Below are positions 52,246 through 61,302 of a DNA stretch of 64,000 nt, one piece after another; position 1 is the first letter of the stretch; every line of letters starts with the position of its first letter. Under the pieces are notes generated by a model. The model saw nothing but the letters and a program-made list of their open reading frames with translations, had not been told where the DNA came from and ran no database searches. The DNA comes from Gammaproteobacteria bacterium (GTDB lineage: Bacteria; Pseudomonadota; Gammaproteobacteria; Eutrophobiales; Eutrophobiaceae): the NCBI GenBank assembly GCA_965238225.1, contig OZ250183.1, positions 256,001 to 320,000 of the forward strand, read 5' to 3'. The translations under genes were made by a program, and so were the position numbers.

Positions 52246-52992
52246 TTAATTTAATTGCGCCTGAATATCATCAGGAATATCTGCATTGGAATAAACTTTT
52301 TGTACATCATCAATATCTTCCAATACATCAAGCAGGTTTAGCATAGTCTCTGCATTTTTAAGATCCAGCGTCGCTGAGGTTGAAGCGTGCATGGTAACTT
52401 CAGCGTTTTCTGGCAGAAGCCCAGCTGTGATCAGTGCATTTTTAACATCCACAAGGCTGTCTGGTTCGGTGAGTACATCAATTGACGTATCATCATGAGT
52501 GACAACATCCTCTGCGCCGCTTTCTAGGGCAGCATCCATAATGGCATCTTCATCTGCGCCTGTAGGGTATGAAATCAGACCAACCTTGGAAAACAGATAC
52601 GCCACCGATCCGTCTGTACCTAGATTACCATTGTATCTGGAAAAGGCATGGCGCACTTCAGCGACTGTGCGGTTCTTGTTGTCTGTTATGGTATCTACAA
52701 GGATTGCAGTACCGCCTGGTCCATAGCCTTCATAGCGAATTTCTGCAATGTTTTCACTTTCATCATTATCGCCACCACGTTTGATTGCCCTTTCAATCGT
52801 ATCTTTCGGCATGCTTTGAGATTTAGCGCTATCAATCGCTGCCCGTAACCTAGGGTTGGCATCCGAGTCAGTACCACCCATTTTTGCAGAAATGGTAACT
52901 TCACGAATCAATTTGGTGAATAATTTACCGCGTTTGGCATCTTGCCTGCCTTTGCGGTGTTGGATATTTGCCCACTTACTATGTCCAGCCAT
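52246..52992 (-). CDS. yebC: YebC/PmpR family protein
   Basis: [26 protein letters not shown]. Confidence 0.97.
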   Translation of the reverse strand: MAGHSKWANIQHRKGRQDAKRGKLFTKLIREVTISAKMGGTDSDANPRLRAAIDSAKSQSMPKDTIERAIKRGGDNDESENIAEIRYEGYGPGGTAILVDTITDNKNRTVAEVRHAFSRYNGNLGTDGSVAYLFSKVGLISYPTGADEDAIMDAALESGAEDVVTHDDTSIDVLTEPDSLVDVKNALITAGLLPENAEVTMHASTSATLDLKNAETMLNLLDVLEDIDDVQKVYSNADIPDDIQAQLN

Positions 52993-53174
52993 AATGGGGT
53001 ATAGTCCTCCTTATAGTATGTACGAATTCTACCACTTGTGGGCAGCCTTCCCAAGTAGTGTCATATTGTGTTTGAACTTAATATGTACATACGAGAATCG
53101 CACAGAAATAACAAAATATATATCACTGCTTGATTGGTTTTTCTATAATGTATGTTAATGGTGGAGTTATTAAA

Positions 53175-53918
53175 ATGCGAATAATGGTAAATGTAATCGT
53201 AATAACATTATTATTTTTTGTTAGCAGTGTTCAGGCTTTGGCAGCGCCAAGACACGATTCGTTTGATAAAGTTTTGCAAGCACATGTGCATGAGGGAAAG
53301 ATTAATTATCCCGCGATTCAAAAAGATAAACGTTTTCAAGATTACCTGACATATCTTGCCGAGGCAGACCCGAAAATGTTTTCCACAGAAAATGAAAAGC
53401 TGGCATTTTGGATAAATGCCTACAATGCGCTAGCCATCAAAGGCATCATTGATGGTTTGAGTCCCTCAGGTTTTTTCTCTCGCATTATTTATTTTAAATC
53501 AACTGACTATAAGTTAGCTGGTCGTGATATCAATCTATACGATTTGGAACGTGACATTATTATTCCATTTGACGAACCACGAATTCATTTTGCAATCGTT
53601 TGTGCCTCGGCATCTTGTCCGAACTTGATCTCGGAAGCTTATGTGGCTGATAAACTTGAACAACAACTGGAAGACAATACTAGGTATTTTATTAATAACG
53701 ATTTTAAGAATCAGTTTGACCTTAAGAAAAAAATCGCACAGGTTTCTAAAATATTTGACTGGTTTGTTGAAGATTTCAAAAAGCATTCTGGATCAGTGCA
53801 GAAATTTATTGTACGTTATGTTGGAGATTCGGACTTGGCAAAATTATTAAACGAAGATGCGTTTCGTATAAAATACCTTAGATATGACTGGTCATTAAAC
53901 GGAATACCAATTAAATAA
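53175..53918 (+). CDS. DUF547-family exported protein
   Basis: Signal peptide (VQALA), LAFWINAYN, EPRIHFAIVCAS.SCP, SKIF.WF..DF, YDWSLN; GGAG RBS before 53175. Confidence 0.88.
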   Translation: MRIMVNVIVITLLFFVSSVQALAAPRHDSFDKVLQAHVHEGKINYPAIQKDKRFQDYLTYLAEADPKMFSTENEKLAFWINAYNALAIKGIIDGLSPSGFFSRIIYFKSTDYKLAGRDINLYDLERDIIIPFDEPRIHFAIVCASASCPNLISEAYVADKLEQQLEDNTRYFINNDFKNQFDLKKKIAQVSKIFDWFVEDFKKHSGSVQKFIVRYVGDSDLAKLLNEDAFRIKYLRYDWSLNGIPIK

Positions 53919-53927
53919 TAGATCGAT

Positions 53928-54569
53928 ATGTTTTTCGCAGCTGATGAAGGACAGAAAATTGCACGATTGTTTGCCTTTCTGTTGCAAGGTGAGCGCTTGG
54001 CCTTTGATTGCGTAAGCAAGCAAGTCTTACTGTTTGATGACAAACCATCGCAAAAATTTTTAAAAAATCAGGCGCGCCAGGAAAAATTTCACTGTCAGGT
54101 ATTCAAAGCAGGCATTGGTATCACTGCTCCTCGCGGTGTATCAAATGTTCCTGGTGGCAAGGAGATGCAGATATATATGCGGCTTTTAACTGAAGCTTTG
54201 GAACGAGGCGACCAAGCCGAAACCTTATTAGGTGCACAGATCATACTTGAAGGTTTGGGTAATGTAGCTATTCGGCATATAGATGCCGGGTTTGAATTGC
54301 GAGGAATTGGCTCGATATGTCAACGGGTTCGTTATTTAATTCTTAGCCAGGAAGATGCGCATCATGCTTTTGGACTACAAAGATTTAAAGCGAATTTTGG
54401 CGATGGACCTGTGCCAGATTATTTAATAAAAAGAAGTCAGGATTATTTTAACTTACTTAAATCTTTGATGTTATCTGTATCTGAATTGTTCTTTTATTTT
54501 GATGAACAAGCAGAGCAATATACTGAAGAGCTTTACGCAGACTTGCCCGCATGGATTGTAGAGCAATGA
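53928..54569 (+). CDS. Ferritin-like di-iron-carboxylate protein of unknown function
   Basis: Ligand pattern E (QGE)...QEKFH...E (ILEG)...QEDAH. Confidence 0.75.
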   Translation: MFFAADEGQKIARLFAFLLQGERLAFDCVSKQVLLFDDKPSQKFLKNQARQEKFHCQVFKAGIGITAPRGVSNVPGGKEMQIYMRLLTEALERGDQAETLLGAQIILEGLGNVAIRHIDAGFELRGIGSICQRVRYLILSQEDAHHAFGLQRFKANFGDGPVPDYLIKRSQDYFNLLKSLMLSVSELFFYFDEQAEQYTEELYADLPAWIVEQ

Positions 54570-55249
54570 CCATGATCAGCATCATCATTCCTGTGTTAAA
54601 TGAAGAGAAGGCACTGCCTGAAACATTAAGCAGTATTTTATCGCAGTTAGATAATGTGCAGGTCATAGTGGTTGATGGTGACAGTAGTGATCGAACACAA
54701 ATGATCGCTAGAGAAAATGCTGAAGTTGAACTAATTGTCTCTGAACGAGGTCGAGCTAGGCAAATGAATGCAGGTGCTGTAAAGGCGAATGGCGAATGGC
54801 TGTTGTTTTTACATGCTGATACTTTGTTGCCAAAAAATGCAATACAAGAGATACAGTCATTAACTTCAGACAAAAATAAGCAGGCAGGGTGTTTTCATCA
54901 GCGCTTTTCAAAAGATCATTGGTTTTTGAGATTTGTATCTCGCTTACATAATTGGCGCTGCCGCAGAACTCGAATTATATATGGTGATCAAGCGATGTTC
55001 ATACGCCGGCAATTATTTGAATCTATCGGTGGTTTTCCTGAACAAGATATTCTTGAAGATGTATTGATTAGTGAACTAATTGTTGCGCAGACAAATCCAA
55101 TTTTATTGGATCAGGAAGTTATTACTTCATCTCGCAAGTTTGAACAGAGGGGTTTATTCAGAAGTTTTTTTGATATCTTTATTATCATGAGTTGTTATGA
55201 ATTACGTTTACCAATTTTCAGAAAAGATTTTTTTGCCGGGTTTCGTTAA
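54566..55249 (+). CDS. GT2 glycosyltransferase, TIGR04283 (rSAM/selenodomain-associated transferase 2) type
   Basis: ISIIIPVLNEE, GRARQMNAGA, LLFLHADT, YGDQA.F, LEDV, TSSRKF; ATGA overlap with the upstream gene. Confidence 0.85.
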   Translation: MTMISIIIPVLNEEKALPETLSSILSQLDNVQVIVVDGDSSDRTQMIARENAEVELIVSERGRARQMNAGAVKANGEWLLFLHADTLLPKNAIQEIQSLTSDKNKQAGCFHQRFSKDHWFLRFVSRLHNWRCRRTRIIYGDQAMFIRRQLFESIGGFPEQDILEDVLISELIVAQTNPILLDQEVITSSRKFEQRGLFRSFFDIFIIMSCYELRLPIFRKDFFAGFR

Positions 55250-55257
55250 GAAAATAA

Positions 55258-56253
55258 ATGTTAAAAGATAAAATCAAACCATTTGCTAATCTTTTAAATG
55301 GTCATCCATTGATGGCTGTATTCGAAATCAATCTTACTTGCAATTCTCAGTGTAGTTATTGTGATCTGCCATTAAACCAAGGTAAATATGAATTATCCCG
55401 TGATGAAATTAAAAAAATATTTAGTGATCTCTATAAAACAGGACTACGTTACATTTTATTGCAAGGAGGCGAACCTACCCTGCGTAAGGACTTGCCAGAA
55501 GTGCTCGAAGATTTACATAAAATAGGTTATGACCTGACATTGATCACCAATGGCACACGTATTAAGCCTGTATTAATAGAATGCGCAAAAAATATTTCGG
55601 TCAGCATTTCAATTAGTCTAGATACTTTGGATCGCGATCGTTATCAACGTATTCGCGGTGCTGATCAATTAAATATGGTATTAAGCAGCATTGAACGATT
55701 GCGCGATTATCCACATGCAAAATATATCACCTGTATTGTCAGTGAATTGAATCGTGATGATGTGTTGGATGTTGTGCGTTTTTCTCGCCTTCATGGATTT
55801 ATCCCAGTGGTTGGGGCTTATCATTGGGATATTGAGCGTTATGGAAAAATTGATAAGGAATTGCAGTATCAAAAGCAAGTTGCTGCCAATGTATTTCAGG
55901 AGGTCTTGCAATCAAACCTTGTTCCCAGAGGTTATTTCAGACGCTATTTACGAGATAATATTGATTGGTTGAATGATCGTCCGTTGCGCTCTTGCGATGC
56001 TGGGCGTTACAGTATTTCTATTGATGCATCAGGCAATGTAGCGCCATGTCTAGCGCTTCGGCACGCGGGCAATTTACTTGAGTCTTCATTGCCTGAAATT
56101 TTGGACAATTTTGATAAACAAGCCATCAAATCATGCTCTGATAAATCTTCCTGTAATATGATGTGTAGTCGTATTATTGGCTCAAGTTTACGTCATCCAT
56201 TAGATACATTGATAACACCACGAACGATTGCAGCGACAGAAAATCGCAGCTAA
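55258..56253 (+). CDS. Radical SAM protein with C-terminal twitch/SPASM-like domain
   Basis: CNSQCSYC, GGEP, TNG, ISLD; C-terminal CDAG...IDASGNVAPC...C-x5-C-x3-C. Confidence 0.9.
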   Translation: MLKDKIKPFANLLNGHPLMAVFEINLTCNSQCSYCDLPLNQGKYELSRDEIKKIFSDLYKTGLRYILLQGGEPTLRKDLPEVLEDLHKIGYDLTLITNGTRIKPVLIECAKNISVSISISLDTLDRDRYQRIRGADQLNMVLSSIERLRDYPHAKYITCIVSELNRDDVLDVVRFSRLHGFIPVVGAYHWDIERYGKIDKELQYQKQVAANVFQEVLQSNLVPRGYFRRYLRDNIDWLNDRPLRSCDAGRYSISIDASGNVAPCLALRHAGNLLESSLPEILDNFDKQAIKSCSDKSSCNMMCSRIIGSSLRHPLDTLITPRTIAATENRS

Positions 56254-56262
56254 AGTCATGCA

Positions 56263-56970
56263 ATGTTGAGAGAAATATTAAAATTTGTATCGATTCTGAG
56301 CGCTTGTTTAAGCATCGGGTTAGTTTTTACAGGTTCGATATTGACGATGGTGCATGCACAAGAAACTTTAGAAAAATCTGATGGACACCAGAATAAATTA
56401 AGCCCTTATTCTGGTGAGCCTCCTGAAGTTGTGCTGGATGAGCATGAATTAAAATCGTTAGCAAAAGGACAAGCTGTATTTAAAAAACTGAATCTTGAAA
56501 ATACTAAACGTGGTCTTGCTGTATTCAGAGTAAATGCCGATACGCAGACTATTTGGTCTGTAATAAAAGATTTTAAATCCTATCCCCAATGGATAGAATA
56601 TATTGATGAAACAGAAATTTACAAACAAGAAGCCGAAAATATTTATGTCAAATTTGTTGCCAGCGGTTTGTTAGGAGATATAGTTTGGTATATAGTTCAT
56701 AATTATCCTCAAGATATAACAAGAAATGAAAGAGATTGGGGCACTTGGAAATTAGATTACAATAATCGATCAGATATTAACGGATCTGTTGGGTTTTGGC
56801 GCGTTGTTCCAGTGGTTGATGATCCTAAGAAATCAGATGTTATTTATTCAGTAGATCTTCGCTTAAAAGGATTTTTTGTATCATTGTTTGAGGCTTCATT
56901 GATTACAAGCGGTCTTAAAGATGCGACGCAATGGGTTAAGGTTCAGGCTGAGGCTAAGATTTTGCCATAA
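56263..56970 (+). CDS. Exported START/SRPBCC (polyketide cyclase-like) lipid-binding protein
   Basis: Hydrophobic N-terminus ending VHA, IWSVI.DF..YP.W, G.W.V pattern of the SRPBCC fold. Confidence 0.7.
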   Translation: MLREILKFVSILSACLSIGLVFTGSILTMVHAQETLEKSDGHQNKLSPYSGEPPEVVLDEHELKSLAKGQAVFKKLNLENTKRGLAVFRVNADTQTIWSVIKDFKSYPQWIEYIDETEIYKQEAENIYVKFVASGLLGDIVWYIVHNYPQDITRNERDWGTWKLDYNNRSDINGSVGFWRVVPVVDDPKKSDVIYSVDLRLKGFFVSLFEASLITSGLKDATQWVKVQAEAKILP

Positions 56971-57097
56971 GCGGTGAGAACTTACTTATCAAGAATATTG
57001 TCATACCGACCTTGAATAGATCTCCAGTCAACTTTAATCTTCATAATCTTTTAGGTTTTCAATTTTATTTATTTCTAGTTTATTCATTCATAGCGAG

Positions 57098-57127
57098 TTA
57101 CTTCTTGTTTTACCTTACAAGAAGTAA
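57098..57127. repeat. Perfect 11-bp palindrome (hairpin) between the inserted operon and nadA
   Basis: TTACTTCTTGT-8 nt-ACAAGAAGTAA, followed by an A8 run. Confidence 0.6.
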
Positions 57128-57169
57128 GCCAAAAAAAAGTGCCCCAATGAAAGATTGAAAATACTTAAA

Positions 57170-58246
57170 CTAGGCATCACTACTCAAAAGTACTTCGTTA
57201 TTTTGACCTTTCGCAAAATCCAACAACCGTTGAATAGGAAGTTTGGCGCGTTTGCCAAGCTCAGGATCAATATTAATTTCGCCACTGCCTGTTTCTAAGC
57301 ACTCAAGCAATTTCCTAAGACTGTTCATTGCCATCCATGGGCAGTGCGCACAACTAACGCAAGTCGCACTCTCGCCACTGGTGGGCGCTTCGATAAATAT
57401 TTTGTCTGGTGCGGCTTCTCGCATTTTATGGAAGATGCCTTTATCGGTGGCAACGATGAATTCTTTTGCTTCCAGCTCGACTGCGGCTTTGATAATTCCA
57501 GTAGTTGAGCTGACGATATCGGCATGCTCGATGACTGAGGCAGGAGACTCAGGATGTACCAATACTTTGGCGTCTGGGTGTTGTTTTTTTAATTCTGCAA
57601 GCTCAATACCTTTGAATTCTTCATGCACAATACAAGCGCCTTGCCATAACAACATGTCTGCACTAGTTTGTTGCTGGATATAATCGCCTAGGTATTTATC
57701 TGGTGCCCAGATAAATTTTTCACCTTTTGCATACAGATAATTGATGATATCAAGGGCGCTACCTGAGGTAACGACCCAATCAGCACGTGCCTTAACTGCG
57801 GCACTGGTGTTGGCATAAACAACCACAGTTCTATCAGGATGTTGATCACAAAACTCACTAAATTCCTTAACAGGGCAGCCCAGATCCAGTGAACAATTGG
57901 CATTTAAATCCGGCATCAAAACACGTTTTTCGGGGTTTAATATCTTGGCAGTTTCACCCATAAATTTAACACCACAAACAACTAGGGTATTGGCTTGGGA
58001 TTCGTTTCCAAAACGTGCCATATCCAAAGAATCAGAAACATAACCCACGGTAGCATCGGCAATAAGTTGCAGATCGGGGTCGGTATAATAATGCGCCACC
58101 ACCACGGCATTTTGTTCTTTGAGTAATTGTTTAATACGTGATTTAAATTCGTAACGTTTAGCGTCGCTTAATTGTTCAGTGACAGTTTTAGGAATATCTT
58201 CGTGTTTGACTGTGCAAATTTCTGCTAAAGAAGTGTTTATTGTCAT
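57170..58246 (-). CDS. nadA: Quinolinate synthase
   Basis: AHYY, CGV.FM.E, CSLD, VYANT, HPE, C..CPWM. Confidence 0.97.
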   Translation of the reverse strand: MTINTSLAEICTVKHEDIPKTVTEQLSDAKRYEFKSRIKQLLKEQNAVVVAHYYTDPDLQLIADATVGYVSDSLDMARFGNESQANTLVVCGVKFMGETAKILNPEKRVLMPDLNANCSLDLGCPVKEFSEFCDQHPDRTVVVYANTSAAVKARADWVVTSGSALDIINYLYAKGEKFIWAPDKYLGDYIQQQTSADMLLWQGACIVHEEFKGIELAELKKQHPDAKVLVHPESPASVIEHADIVSSTTGIIKAAVELEAKEFIVATDKGIFHKMREAAPDKIFIEAPTSGESATCVSCAHCPWMAMNSLRKLLECLETGSGEINIDPELGKRAKLPIQRLLDFAKGQNNEVLLSSDA

Positions 58247-58325
58247 ATCTAACTCTGCTGAAACTCTATTGACATTTTTACAGTTCGGTATTTGTCGTTT
58301 GATATTCAGGTTAAAAATATAGTAT

Positions 58326-60119
58326 TTATTCTAATTCAGGTTTTTCTTTTTCAGTAGGTTTAGCCAATTTGATGCCGAGTTCTTTTAGCTGTCTTGGTGA
58401 TGCAGGTGTTGGTGCATCGGTTAATGGGCAGTTTGCTGTCTGTGTCTTTGGAAATGCAATAACATCGCGTATCGAATCAGCGCCGACCATCAACATGATC
58501 AAGCGATCCAGTCCGAAGGCAATGCCACCATGTGGAGGACAACCGTAATCAAGCGCATTAATGAGAAACCCGAATTTATCTTCCGCTTCTTGATCGCTAA
58601 TGCCAAGAAGTTTCAACACGCTTTTTTGCATTTCAGATTTGTGGATACGAATCGAACCGCCACCGAGTTCAACGCCATTTAAAACTAAATCATAAGCGCG
58701 TGACAGGGCGTTGCCAGGATCAGCCTCAAGTTCACTGGTTTTGGTAACATAAGGCGCGGTGAATGGATGATGTAGTGCATCCCAGCGTTTTTCATCTTCG
58801 TTGTAGTTGAACATTGGGAAATCAACCACCCAAACTGGTTGCCATTCACTTTCAAACAAATTCCTGTCTTGTGCCAGTTTGTCGCGTAACGCGCCCAGTG
58901 CGTCATTTACAATCTTAGTCTTATCTGCACCGAAGAAGATCAGGTCACCATTTTTTGCCTGTGTACGTTCGATGATGGTCGCGACCACATTATCAGGCAG
59001 GAATTTTAAGATGGGGGAGTGTAGTCCTTGTGTGCCAGCACAAACATCATTGACTTTAATATAAGCAAGACCTTTAGCGCCGTAATTGGCGACAAAGTTT
59101 GTGTAATCATCAATTTCTTTACGGGACAATTCGTTGCCTGCGGGTAATCTCAACGCAGCAACACGTCCATCGTCCATTTTTGCAGGCTCAGAGAAGACTT
59201 TAAATTCAACCTCTGTCATAACATCAGAAACGTCGGTAAGTTCTAATGGATTACGCAAGTCCGGGCGATCAGTGCCGAAACGATGTATGGCATCGACATA
59301 AGTAATACGTGGAATGGGACAAGGCAAGTCAATATTCAGCGCATTTTTAAATAAGGCAATCATCATTTTTTCCATGATAGCCATGATCGCCTCTTCATCC
59401 ATAAAAGAGGTTTCGATGTCAAGCTGGGTAAATTCTGGCTGCCTGTCTGCGCGTAAATCTTCATCACGGAAGCAGCGCACGATCTGATAATAACGATCCA
59501 TGCCAGACATCATTAACAACTGCTTAAACAATTGCGGCGACTGTGGCAGGGCAAAGAATTCTCCAGGATACGTTCTGCTCGGCACTAGATAATCTCTTGC
59601 GCCTTCTGGTGTTGCGCGGGTCAACATTGGTGTTTCTATTTCCATGAAACCATTATCGTCTAGAAAACTGCGCATGGATTTAGTGATCGCCGTGCGTAAT
59701 TTCATATTTCTTTGCATCTCATCTCTACGCAGATCAACGTAGCGGTAACGCAGTTTTATATCATCATGGACATTTTCATCGTCTAGCTGAAAAGGCGGAG
59801 TTTTGGCGCTATTTAGTATTTCAATTTCATAACCCAGAACTTCAACTTCGCCTGTGGGTAAATCAGGATTGACAGTACCTTCCGGGCGGCGGCGCACCTT
59901 GCCTGTAATTTTTACAACATATTCATTGCGTATGGCATCAGCAATAGCAAAAGATTCAGGCTTGTCCGGGTCAAATACAATCTGTGCCAGACCTTCACGA
60001 TCACGCAGGTCGATAAATATTACTCCGCCATGATCTCTGCGGCGGTGTATCCAACCGCAAAGACTGATTTCCTTGCCGAGTAAAGAGGTATTTAATTGTC
60101 CACAATAATGACTACGCAT
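58326..60119 (-). CDS. aspS: Aspartate--tRNA ligase
   Basis: [45 protein letters not shown]. Confidence 0.98.
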   Translation of the reverse strand: MRSHYCGQLNTSLLGKEISLCGWIHRRRDHGGVIFIDLRDREGLAQIVFDPDKPESFAIADAIRNEYVVKITGKVRRRPEGTVNPDLPTGEVEVLGYEIEILNSAKTPPFQLDDENVHDDIKLRYRYVDLRRDEMQRNMKLRTAITKSMRSFLDDNGFMEIETPMLTRATPEGARDYLVPSRTYPGEFFALPQSPQLFKQLLMMSGMDRYYQIVRCFRDEDLRADRQPEFTQLDIETSFMDEEAIMAIMEKMMIALFKNALNIDLPCPIPRITYVDAIHRFGTDRPDLRNPLELTDVSDVMTEVEFKVFSEPAKMDDGRVAALRLPAGNELSRKEIDDYTNFVANYGAKGLAYIKVNDVCAGTQGLHSPILKFLPDNVVATIIERTQAKNGDLIFFGADKTKIVNDALGALRDKLAQDRNLFESEWQPVWVVDFPMFNYNEDEKRWDALHHPFTAPYVTKTSELEADPGNALSRAYDLVLNGVELGGGSIRIHKSEMQKSVLKLLGISDQEAEDKFGFLINALDYGCPPHGGIAFGLDRLIMLMVGADSIRDVIAFPKTQTANCPLTDAPTPASPRQLKELGIKLAKPTEKEKPELE

Positions 60120-60261
60120 ATTAATACTTAATCCTGATGTTAATTTTTGGGAATTGTTTGTCCGTATACAGAGCAGGGCATATTATGGATCGACAAGATT
60201 TTACGCAAGCGCATGAAATAGTTAGAGTCGCCATACTAAAAACAACAATGGCTGCCTATAT

Positions 60262-60669
60262 CTATTGTTTTGAGCTTTCCGCAAGGGATGTTTTATCTTT
60301 TGGTTTTTCTGTTGTTGGTTCAGATGTCGATTCAGATTTTTTGTCAGATTTATCAGTTTTATCATCACCTTTATCTTTAGAAGGTTGCTTGCCTTCTTTT
60401 TCTATACCATCTTTTTTTGAGCTGCCCTTTCCCAGATCATCCCCCTTCTTATCGTTTTTTTCGGGAGTATCTTTTTTTTGTGGTTTTTTGTCTTTGAAAT
60501 CTGTTTCGTACCAGCCATCCCCTTTCAATTTAAAGATGGCAGCAGATACAAGTTTACGCAGGGTTTCCTGTTTACATTGAGGGCAGTCTGTGAGCGATGC
60601 ATCACCAACTTTTTGGATTGCTTCCAGTTTGTGTTCACAATGCTGGCATTGGTATTCATAAATTGGCAC
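60262..60669 (-). CDS. FmdB-family zinc-ribbon protein with Lys/Ser/Asp-rich tail
   Basis: MPIYEYQC..C...CP.C...FKLKG.GWY.TDF; GTG start; upstream of aspS. Confidence 0.9.
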   Translation of the reverse strand: MPIYEYQCQHCEHKLEAIQKVGDASLTDCPQCKQETLRKLVSAAIFKLKGDGWYETDFKDKKPQKKDTPEKNDKKGDDLGKGSSKKDGIEKEGKQPSKDKGDDKTDKSDKKSESTSEPTTEKPKDKTSLAESSKQ

Positions 60670-60676
60670 AAAAATT

Positions 60677-60713
60677 CCCCCCCCCTTTAGTATGGTTAGT
60701 ATGGTTAGTATGG
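60677..60713. repeat. C9 homopolymer plus (TTAGTATGG)x3 tandem repeat
   Basis: C9 at 60677-60685; 9-mer at 60687, 60696 and 60705. Confidence 0.9.
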
Positions 60714-60960
60714 ATTGTATATATTATCAAAATAACGAGAATATAGACTGTAATTATTGATTAAATTAATTTTAAAACTGAAATTTACACGATTTTCATT
60801 AATTTATATTGGTATTTATATTTGTGGCAATGCCAGTAAGTGATTGAGGATCATATTGCCATCTGGGAAATCTTCAGTATCATTGCCGCTTTCTGCTTCG
60901 GTCGAGTTCTTTTAAGTCTTGTTGTAAGGTGTTCTTTCATGAGACATTAACTTCACAAAT

Positions 60961-61036
60961 GGGTCGTTAGCTCAGCTGGTAGAGCACCGCACTTTTAATG
61001 CGATGGTCGCGCGTTCGAATCGCGCACGACCCACCA
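60961..61036 (+). tRNA. tRNA-Lys (anticodon UUU)
   Basis: Cloverleaf with GGGTCGT/ACGACCC acceptor stem, CTTTTAA anticodon loop, TTCGAAT T-loop, encoded CCA. Confidence 0.97.
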
Positions 61037-61050
61037 TTTATCCCATTTGG

Positions 61051-61063
61051 AATCAAAGACTTA
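61051..61063 (+). promoter_or_regulatory. IHF-consensus site just 3' of tRNA-Lys (att-like junction)
   Basis: AATCAAAGACTTA matches WATCAANNNNTTR exactly. Confidence 0.5.
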
Positions 61064-61302
61064 AAAGGATTTAAGTTTCTAATAACTGTGTACTAAATAG
61101 ACCGACTACAGTGGTCTTATTTTTCTCAAATTTATGGAGGGCACACAAATGCTTAATTTTCACACAGCTAAAATTAGCTATTTAATGGAAGATTAAAGAT
61201 ATTCGTGTTTTTCTTAATAAGAAAGTAGCTGTTGGTTATTAAATGATTGCCGAAAAATACGCAATAAACGGATTAGGCAAAACATAACAAAAAGGAATAA
61301 GT

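Noticed and set aside
53175-56970. Selenocysteine recoding in the TIGR04283-associated operon
   Set aside because: No in-frame TGA at a Cys-equivalent position; the only TGA stop overlaps the next ATG.
60800-60950. Protein-like fragments and a GGCAATG/CATTGCC inverted repeat upstream of tRNA-Lys
   Set aside because: Could not be assigned to any gene or RNA family; possibly a decayed gene end.
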